Assembly (NCBI RefSeq): GCF_009914755.1
Contig: NC_060929.1
Direction: 5' to 3' (one strand)
DNA from: the human T2T-CHM13v2.0 reference genome, Homo sapiens
Length of the DNA: 64,000 bases
Part shown: piece by piece, positions 55,131 to 64,000 of the stretch
Layout of the letters: each line of letters opens with the position of its first letter
Numbering within the stretch: the stretch's first letter is position 1
Position numbers and translations under genes: made by a program
The notes under the pieces: generated by a model
The model's input: the letters and a program-made list of their open reading frames with translations, nothing else
What the model was told of the DNA's origin: nothing
Databases searched by the model: none

Positions 55131-56399
55131 AGGTGTACATGTCTTTCCTCTGGTCTGTATGTGTATGAATTGAGGAACTTTGATTTAAGCCAGTGGTTTA
55201 AAATCCTTCCCATAAGTACATACGCGGAGTCTTAGCTTTCGACTTTTATTTTGACATAGTAATAGCACACTTGAAAGGTATGTAGCTCCTAGGTTCTAAG
55301 TATTTTTTGACCAAACTTGTGAATGTAGGGAAACCTACATAGGGAATAGGCAGAATGCCAAGGAGCAGACCAGACTTCAACGTGGCCTCCTGGATTCTCA
55401 GGTATTGTTTGCCTTTTACATGGAAGCTTTGCTTCCTCTCCAGGTTTTATTACTTTAGTCCCAGATAATATAGGACAACTCTGTGGCATAGTTGCTACCA
55501 TTTGCCTATTCCCCACTCATCCTGGATTTTTCCCCCTCCTTGGAGTGCCAGAATCCTTACTGTAGCACTACATGTAGCTATCAAATTGTTAAGAGTTGGC
55601 AGTAGCATTGGGACTTATTAACATTCCTGATCCAGGCACTTGGCTTATCATTGTCATCTATGTGATATCATCTCTCTCTGCCTTAGTTTCTATATGGGTC
55701 TTAGCTATTGGATCTTTATCTGACTGCAGCTACCATAAATGCTTTGGCCTTTACCATATTTTGGTGTGTATCCCTTGGCTCACTTCTTGTAGACATGAAG
55801 GGCTTACTTTTCTTCCTGTCTGGATCTGGGATCTTCCTTTGGTCCTTTCTCTCGCCTTCTTGCTTTATCTGATTAATTTCTTTGTATTGTTGCCCACTTC
55901 TTAGGTTGATCATACCCAGTTCATCCTGAACGTCTTTCTTCAGGTGTAAATATATAGGGGAGAAACTGAAATATTAATGAGTGAAATAATATGTTATCTG
56001 ATATTTGCTTTTAGAGATCCAAGGAAAACTAATAAAAAAGTGGCAGAAGCCTAGATGAATCAAGAATGACCCAATGTTGATATTTTTTTAAAGCTGGGTG
56101 ATGTCTACATTATTCTGTTATATTCTGTGTGTGTATGAATATATTCATAAGAAAAATAAAAAAGAGAAACATAGAGATTAGGACATACTAATTTTTAGCC
56201 AAATAGAGGTCCTAAGGATGGAGGTATGAGAAGCAATATGTGATAGCCAAAAAAAGGGTGCTCTGTGTTGTCTTGACATATTAGACAGGCCAATCATTTC
56301 CTATTCTAATACATTGTCCCCTTCCAAGTGATTCCTTACAGACATCACTCCTTCATTTTCCTTGATCTTGCTATTCTGATCATAGTTGCTTGACCCAGG

Positions 56400-56650
56400 G
56401 AGGGGTTTTTAAACAAAGGCTTCTATCTGTGTGGCAATGTCTTAGCATTGGTGCTATTGACAGTTTGGACTGGATAATTCTCGGTGCTGTTGACATTGCA
56501 TTGTAGGATGTTTAGCAGCATTCCTGGCTACCCACTAGATGCTAGTAGCACTACCTCTGCCCCCCAGTTGTGGTAACTAAAAATGTCTCCAAACATTGCC
56601 TCATGTCTGCTGGGGACATTTAGTAGTTCCCCAGTTGTGAACTACTAAAA
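56400..56650. mobile_element. MER20-like hAT-Charlie element
   Basis: tgcattgtaggatgtttagcagcattcctggc...ccactagatgctagtagcac...aaaaatgtctccaaacattgcc. Confidence 0.8.
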
Positions 56651-56749
56651 TATAGAGATATGAAACTTTAGCTAGGCTCTATCCTTGTGGATGCTTGTTA
56701 CTTGTGGGCATTTAGATGACATTTATTTATTATTATTTATTCGTTTGCT

Positions 56750-59700
56750 TTTAAATTTTTTTATTTCCATAGGTTATTGGGGAACAAGTGGTGTTTGGTT
56801 ACAAAAGTAAGTTCTTTAGTGGTGATTTGTGAGATTTTGGTGCACCCATCACCCAAGCAATGTACATTGCACCCTATTTGTAGTGTTTTATCCCTCACCC
56901 CTTCCCGCCCTTTCCCCGATTCCCCAAAGTGCATTGTGTCATTTTTATGCCTTTGCATCCTCATAGCTTAGCTCCTGCTTATGAGTGAGAACATAACGAT
57001 GTTTGGTTTTCCATTCCTGAGTCACTTCACTTAGAATAATAGTCTCGAATCTCATCCAGGTCACTGCGAATGCCATTCATTCATTTTTATGGCTGAGTAG
57101 TATTCCATTGTATATATACAGTTTCTTTATCTACTTCTTTGATTGATGGACATTTGGGTTGGTTTCATGTTTTTGCAATTGCAAATTGTGCTGCTATAAA
57201 CGTGTGTGTAAGTATCTTTTTCATTTAATGACTTCTTTTTCTCTGGGTATAAACCCAGTAGTGAGATTGCTGGATCAGATGGTAGTTCTACTTTTAGTTC
57301 TTTAAGAAATCTCCACATTGTTTTCCATAGTGGTTGTACTAGTTTACATTCCCACCAGCAGCGTAGAAGTGTTCCCTGTTCTCCGCATCCATGCCAACAT
57401 CTACTATTTTTTGATTTTTTTGATTATGGCCAATCTTGCAGGAGTAGTGTGGTATCGCATTGTGATTTTGATTTAGATTTCTCTGTTCATTGGTGATGTT
57501 GAGCATTTTTTCATGTTTTTTGGGTATTTGTATATCTTCTTTTGAGAACTGTCTATTCATGTCCTTACCCCACTTTTTGATGGGATTGTTTATTTTTTCG
57601 TTGCTGATTTGTTTGAGTTCATTGTAGATTCTGGATATTAGTCCTTTGTCGTATGTATAGACTGTGAAGATTTTCTCCCACTCTGTGGGTTTTCTGTTTA
57701 CTCTGCTGACTGCTCCTTTTCCCATGAAAAAGCTCTTTAGTTTAATTAAGTACCACCTATTTGTCTTTGTTTTTATTGCATTTGCTTTTGGGTTCTTGGT
57801 CATGAACTCTTTGCCTAAGCCAATGTCTAGAAGGGTTTTTCTAATGTTATCTTCTAGGATTTTTATGGTTTCAGGTCTTAGGTTTAAGTCCTTAATGTAT
57901 CTTGAGTTGGTTTTTCTATAAGGTGAGAAATGAGGATCCAATTTCATTCTCCTACATGTGGCTAGGCAGCTATCCCAGCACAATTTGTTGAAAAGGGTGT
58001 CCTGTCCCCACTTTATCTTTTTGTTTGCTTTTTCAACGAGTCAGTTGGTTGTAAGAATTTGGGTTAATTTCTGGGTTCTCTATTCTGTTCCATTGGTCTA
58101 TGTGCCTATTTTTATATCAGTACCATGGTGTTTTGATGAATATGGCCTTTAGTATAGTTTGAAATTAGGTAGTGTAATGCCTCCAGATTTGTTACTTTTA
58201 CTTAATCTTGCTTTGGCTATGCAGGCTCTTTTTTGGTTCCATATGAATTTTAGAATTGTTTTTTCTAATTCTGTGAGGAATGATTAAGGTATTTTGATAG
58301 GAATTGCACTGAATTTGTAGATTGCTTTTGGCAGTATGGTCATTTTCACAATATTGATTCTCCCCATTCATGAGCATGGGATGTCTTTCCATTTCTTTGT
58401 GTTATCTATGATTTCTTTCAGCAGCATTGTGTAGTTTTCCTTGTAGAGGTCTTTCACCTCCTTGATTAGGTATATTCCTAAGTATTTTATTATTATTATT
58501 ATTTTGCAGCTATTGTAAAAGGGGTTGAGTTCTTAATTTGATTCTCAGCTGGGCTTTGTTCATATTTTCTTATTTTTTTCTTTGTCTTTGTTGGATTGGG
58601 TTAATTCAAAGACCTTGTCTTCGAGCTCTGAATTTCTTCTTATTTGATTCTATTGCTGTGATTGCTGCGACTTTTCAGAGCACTTTGCATTTCTGTGTGT
58701 CCTTTGTTTCTGGAAGTTTTGATTGTTTTTTATTTATGCTATCTATTTCGTTGAATAGTTCTCCCTTCACTTCTTGTATCTTTTTTTTTTTTTATTTCCT
58801 TACGTTGGGCTTCACCTTTCTCTGGTGCCTCCCTGATTAGCTTAATAACTAACCTCCTGAGTTATTTTTCAGATAAATCGGGGATTCTTCTTGGTTTGGG
58901 TCCATTGCTGGTGAGCTATTGTGATTTTTTGGGGGTGTTAACCAGCGTTGTTTTGTCATATTACCAGAGTTGGTTTTCTGGTTCCTTCTCATTTTAGTAG
59001 GCTCTGTTAAAGGGAAGGTCTAGGGCTGAAGATGTTGTTCAGATTCTTTTGTCCAATGGGGTGTTCCCTTGATGTAGCACCCTCCCCCTTTTCCTGAGAG
59101 CTGAGGTATAGTAATTGTTATCTCGCTTCTGGATCTAGCCACCCAGCAAGTCTACCAGGCTTCGGGCTGGTACTGGGAGTTGTCTGCGTAGAGTCCTGTG
59201 ATGTAAACTGTCTGTGGGTCTCTCAGCCGTGGATACCAGCACCTGTTTCGGTGGAGGTGGCAGGGGGTGAAATGGACTCTGTGAGGGTTCTTAGCTTTAT
59301 TTTTGTGTTGGTTGGCCCCCTGCTGGGAGGTGGAACTTTCCAGAGAGCCTCAGCTCTGGTAGTATGGGGAGGAACAGAGGCTGTGAGTAGGGCCCTAGAA
59401 CTCCCGAGTATATGCCCTTTGATTTCAGTTACCAGGGTGGGTAGGGAAGGACTGTTGGGTGGGGTCAGGGCTAGGCATGTCTGAGCTCAGACTCTCCTTG
59501 GGCAGGTCTTGCTGCAGCTGCTGTGGGGTATGGGAGGAGGTTCCCAGGTCAATGGAGTTATGTTACTAGGAGGATTATGGCTGCCTCTACTGTGTCATGC
59601 AGGTTGTCAGGGAAGTGGAGGAAAGCTGGCAGTCACAGGCCTCACCAGCTCTCACACAATCTGACGGGCTGGTCTCACTCCCACCGTGCCCCTCCCCCCA

Positions 59701-60375
59701 ACAGCACCAAGTCTGTTTCTGGGCAGTGGAGGAACAGGGCTGAGAACTTGCCCCAGGCTATCCACCTCCTAGCTACAAAAGCAAGTATGGCTTTCCTTCT
59801 TTCCCTGGCTCTGGAGTCTGTACACCAGACTCATGCCCTCCCCTGAGTTCTGGCCAGGAGACTTCTCAATCAGTTCAAATTGTTAAAAAGTTCAGCTGGA
59901 GATTTCCTTCTCTCTGTGGCCTTTCCCCAGTGCCTCTAGCTGCCCTGCCAAAGGACCCCTGTGAGGCCAGGCAGAAATGGTTTGCTAGAAGGCCCAATGA
60001 GCTCACAGGGCTTTTCCCCTGTTTCCTCTACGCCTATATTTTGCTCAGCTCTAAATAGAGTCAGCTCCAGGTAAGGTTGGAATCTTCTCCCATAATCTAG
60101 ACCTTCAGTTTCCCCAGTGGGGGCATGTGTTCAGGGGCGGATGATCTCCCTCTCCCATTTCCAAAAATTTGGGCACTCACAGTATTTGGGGTGTCTCCCA
60201 GGTCCTGCGGGAGCAACCTGCTTCCTTCAGAGGGTCTGTGGGTCCTTTCAGGTTTCCTGATTTATTCCTGAAGTCATTCTGGAGAATAAATCATGATGTG
60301 AGCTTCCACATGCTGCTTTGTCTGTTGAGTCAAAGTTGCAGTCTAGTCCTGCCTCTCATCCTCCATGATCTGATG
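56750..60375 (-). mobile_element. Second internally deleted L1PB-like element
   Basis: ORF2 remnant 57339..57983; jump to 5' region near 58548; 5' UTR resembles 43150-44715. Confidence 0.88.
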
Positions 60376-61744
60376 ACGTAATTTTTTTTTTTCATATTAA
60401 ATGGACAGGCTGATTCTAAGTATTATAAATAAATAGTAATTTTAAAATAAAAAATTTCAGGTCTTCTTACATGTTTGTTACAATAATATAAACTTGTTTT
60501 GTGCTTGGGCCCTCTGGCTTTTTAGCTTTATCATATACAGTCTTGATTTTTTTTTTTTGCATAAAATTTTCTTTGGATTATTATTTCCTCAATTTCGGTG
60601 TAAGATATTTTATTTTATAAAATCTTCTATACGTTACTATTATTTTCATCATTTGCAAAGTATAATTTCTTTTCCTTTTGTTTTTAGATACAATTATGTA
60701 CTGCTAATTTTTTTATTTTAAAAATTAACCTAATTTTACAGTGTCTTTAGAAATGTAGCCTTTACTTGGATGGGAGAATCTTGAAATTTATTTGATAAAT
60801 TTTGTGGTCCTGGGCACAGTGTAAATGAAACATTTTCAGGTGCTACAGTATATAAATAAATGAATGTTTTTCCTGGCTCAGTTTTGTACTATAACTAGCC
60901 AACAACTCTTGTGTTAACTTCTTCAACTAAATGGAAGTGCACTAGTACATACTTCTGATTTAATAAAATCCTCAAAATAGGTTTTTGTGCTAATATATTT
61001 ATAACATGCAGGTGTTTGACACAGAAATATAAATTACATGTACATAATATTGGTTCAGGGAAATACTGAAATCTGTTGGGGAGGATATTAAAATATTTGA
61101 ACATTTATTTTACAATTCAGCTTGAACATTTTTCAGAACTGGTAAAGAGTTCATAGTTCTATTTTATGATTCATTTTTCTCTGTTGAACGTTTCTAACTT
61201 TGTATGATTTTTATCATTTCTTTATTTTTCTTGCTTTTTTATTATTTAGATGGTCTGGTTGTATAATTTCTTATTTCTGGAGCACAAAACAGAGATTTGA
61301 GTACTACTGAAAAATCCATGTAATTATTCCTAAGAATCTTCTTTATCAGATCTTTTTATCACACTTTTCTATAAAAACATGCATAGTCTATGGTTATCTT
61401 GTTCCACGAGAACTACAAGTCTTCTGGTCTACTTAGGATAATAGTCATATTTGTATGTTACGTTAAAAAATTGGTCACATTTGTAAGTGATTTTAGAGAG
61501 ACAACATTATTAAATGAATTATTTCAAAAAGATACTTAAGTTGGTGAAGGTTCATCTCTAAAATTCAAACATGCTACTTTAATTGGCCTCATAAGATATT
61601 TATTTAAAATATATTTATTGAGTACTCACTAAATGACAGTGTTCTTTTTTACTTTTCTTTTCCATCATCATTTCTCATCAATTGCATAAAAACAAATTTT
61701 CAAGTAAGAAAGAGTAAGGAAAAAAATATGATTAAAATTAGGAT

Positions 61745-64000
61745 TTCTTTTTATTTTATTTTAAGTTCTGGGATACATGTGCAGGACATGCAAGTTTGTT
61801 ACATAGGTAAACGTGTGCCATGGTGGTTTGCTGTACCTAGCAACACATTGCCTAGGTATTAAGCCCCACATGCATTAGGTATTTGTATTAGGGTTCCCTA
61901 GAGGGATAGAACTAATAGGATATATATGGGAGTTTAGGAAGTATTAACTTACCTGATCACAAGGTCCCACAATAGGCTATCTGCGAGCTTGAGGAGCAAG
62001 GAGAGCCAGTCTGAGTCTCAAAACTGAAGAACTTGGAGTCTGATGTTTGAAAGCAAGAAGCATCCAGTATGGGAGAAAGATGTAGGCTGAAGGCTAGGCC
62101 AGTCTTGCCTTTTCACATTTTTCTGTTTTATATTCGCTGGCACCTGATTAGATTGTGCCCACCAGATTAAAGGTGGGTCTGCCTTCCCCAGCCCACTGAC
62201 TCAAATGTTAATGTCACAAACACACTCAGGATCCATACTTTGTATCCTTCAGTCCAATCAAGTTGACAGTGTTAACCATCACATTATTTATCCTGATGTT
62301 CTCCCTCCCCCATTCCCCCCACTCCTACAGGCCCCAGAGTATGTTGTTCCCCTCCCTGTGTTCATGTGTTCTCATTGTTCAGCTCCCACTTATAAGTGAG
62401 AATATGTGGTGTTTGGTTTTCTGTTCCTGTGTTAGTTTGCTGAGGATAATGGTTTCCAGCTCCTTCTATGTCCCTGCAAAGGACATGATCTCTTTCCTTT
62501 TTATGGCTGCATAGTATTCCATGGTGTATATGTACCCACATTTTCTTTATCCATTCCATCATTCATAGGCATTTGGGTTGATTCCATGTCTTTGCCGTTG
62601 TGAATAGTGCTGCAGTGAACATACATGTGCATGTATTTTTATAATAGAATAATTTATATTTCTTTGGGTATATACCCAGTAATAGGATTGCTGGGTCAGA
62701 TGGTATTTCTAGTTCTAGGTCTTTGAGGAATCACCTCACTGTCTTCCACAATGGTTGACCTAATTTACATTCCCACCAACAGTGTAAAAGTGTTCCTTTT
62801 TCTCTACAGCCTCACCAGTATCTGCTGTTTCTCAACTTTTTAATAATCACCATTCTGACTGATGTGAGATGGTATCTCATTGTAGTTTTTATTTGCATAT
62901 CTCTAATGATCAGTGATGTTGAGCATTTTTAAATGTTTGTTGGCCATATAAATGTCTTCTTTTGAGAAGTGTCTGTTCATGTCCTTTGCCCACTTTTTAA
63001 TGGGGTTTTTTTCTTGTAAATTTGTTCAAGTTCCTTATAGATTCTGGTTATTAGACCTTTGTCAGATGGATAGATTGCAAAATTTTTCTCCTATTCTGTA
63101 GGTTGTCTGTTCACTCTGATAATAGTTTCTTTTTTTGTGCAGAAGCTTTTTAGTTTAATTAGATCCCAATTGTCAATTTTTGCTTTTGTTGCAATTGCTT
63201 TGACATGCTTATGTCCTGAATGTTATTGGGTTTTCTTCTTGGGTTTGTATAGTTTTGGGCTTTACATTTAAGTCTTTACTCCATCTTGAGTTAATTTTTT
63301 TATAAGGTGTAAAGAAGATGTCCAGTTTCATTTTTCTGCATATGGATAGCCAGTTTTCCCAGCACCATTTGTTAAATAGGGAATCCTTTCCCCATTCCTT
63401 GTTTTTGTTAAGTTTATCAAAGATCAGATGGTTCTAGATGTGTGGTCTTATTTCTGAGGTCTCTATGCAGTTCCATTGGTCTATGTGTCTGTTTTTGTAC
63501 CAGCACCACGCTGTTTTGGTTACTGTAGTCTTGTAGTATAGTTTGAAGTCAGGTAGTGTGATGCCTCCAGCTTTGTTCTTTTTGCTTAGGATTCTTGGTT
63601 GCATATGAATTTTAAAGTAGTTTTTTTCTAATTCTGTGAAGAATGTCAATGGTAGTTTAATGGGAATAGCATTGAATCTATAAATTACTTTGGGCAATAA
63701 GGCCATTTAAGAATATTGATTCTTCCTATTCATGAGCATGGAATATTTTTCCATTTGTTTGTATCCTTTCTTATTTCCTTGAGCAGTGGTTTGTAGTTCT
63801 TCTTGAGGAGGTCCTTCACTTGCCTTGTTAGCTGTATTCCTAGGTATTTTATTCTCTTTGTAGCAGTTGTGAATGGGAGTTCATTCACAATTTGTCTTTC
63901 TGCTTGTCTATTGTTGGTGTATAGGAATGCTTGTGATTGTTGCACATTGATTTTGCATCATGAGACTTAGCTGAAGTTGTTTATTAGCTTAAGAAGCTTT
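61745..64000 (-). mobile_element. L1PA-like element, 3' portion (runs off the window)
   Basis: ORF2 remnants ([16 protein letters not shown]; [15 protein letters not shown]); 3' UTR gatacatgtgcaggacatgcaagtttgttacatagg. Confidence 0.92.
61884..62283 (-). mobile_element. MLT2A-like (HERVL) solo LTR inserted in the L1 3' UTR
   Basis: tgtattagggttccctagaggg...ttaaccatcaca; TG...CA ends; approximate TSD gtatt/ttatt. Confidence 0.85.

Noticed and set aside
57339-57983. 214-aa ORF
   Set aside because: Frameshifted L1 ORF2 C-terminal remnant; the element lacks intact ORFs.

Overview
This is primate (human-like) genomic DNA. It holds one complete protein-coding gene on the minus strand, RIOK2 (atypical RIO kinase, pre-40S maturation factor). 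I traced ten coding exons with GT-AG boundaries, from the ATG at 34006 to the TAA at 13825; they sum to 1659 nt (552 aa plus stop). The promoter is CpG-rich (about 33.8-34.8 kb), and a U1 snRNA retropseudogene lies in intron 4. The rest is mostly interspersed repeats: three large antisense L1s, many Alus, MaLR/ERVL LTRs, L2, MIR and DNA-transposon relics. Nearly all ORFs in the supplied track are repeat-derived. I do not see a new multi-gene system. The most unusual signals are structural: (1) several short insertions copied from sequence 0.8-2.5 kb away, including a young 185-bp copy that brackets the catalytic exon 6 and ends in a fold-back hairpin; (2) an old duplicate of the exon 8/intron 8 junction inside intron 9; (3) an LTR-derived minisatellite rich in GCAUG/GCACG motifs in intron 2; (4) two co-oriented CTCF-like motifs around the last coding exon. 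Repeat boundaries and subfamily names are by-eye estimates.
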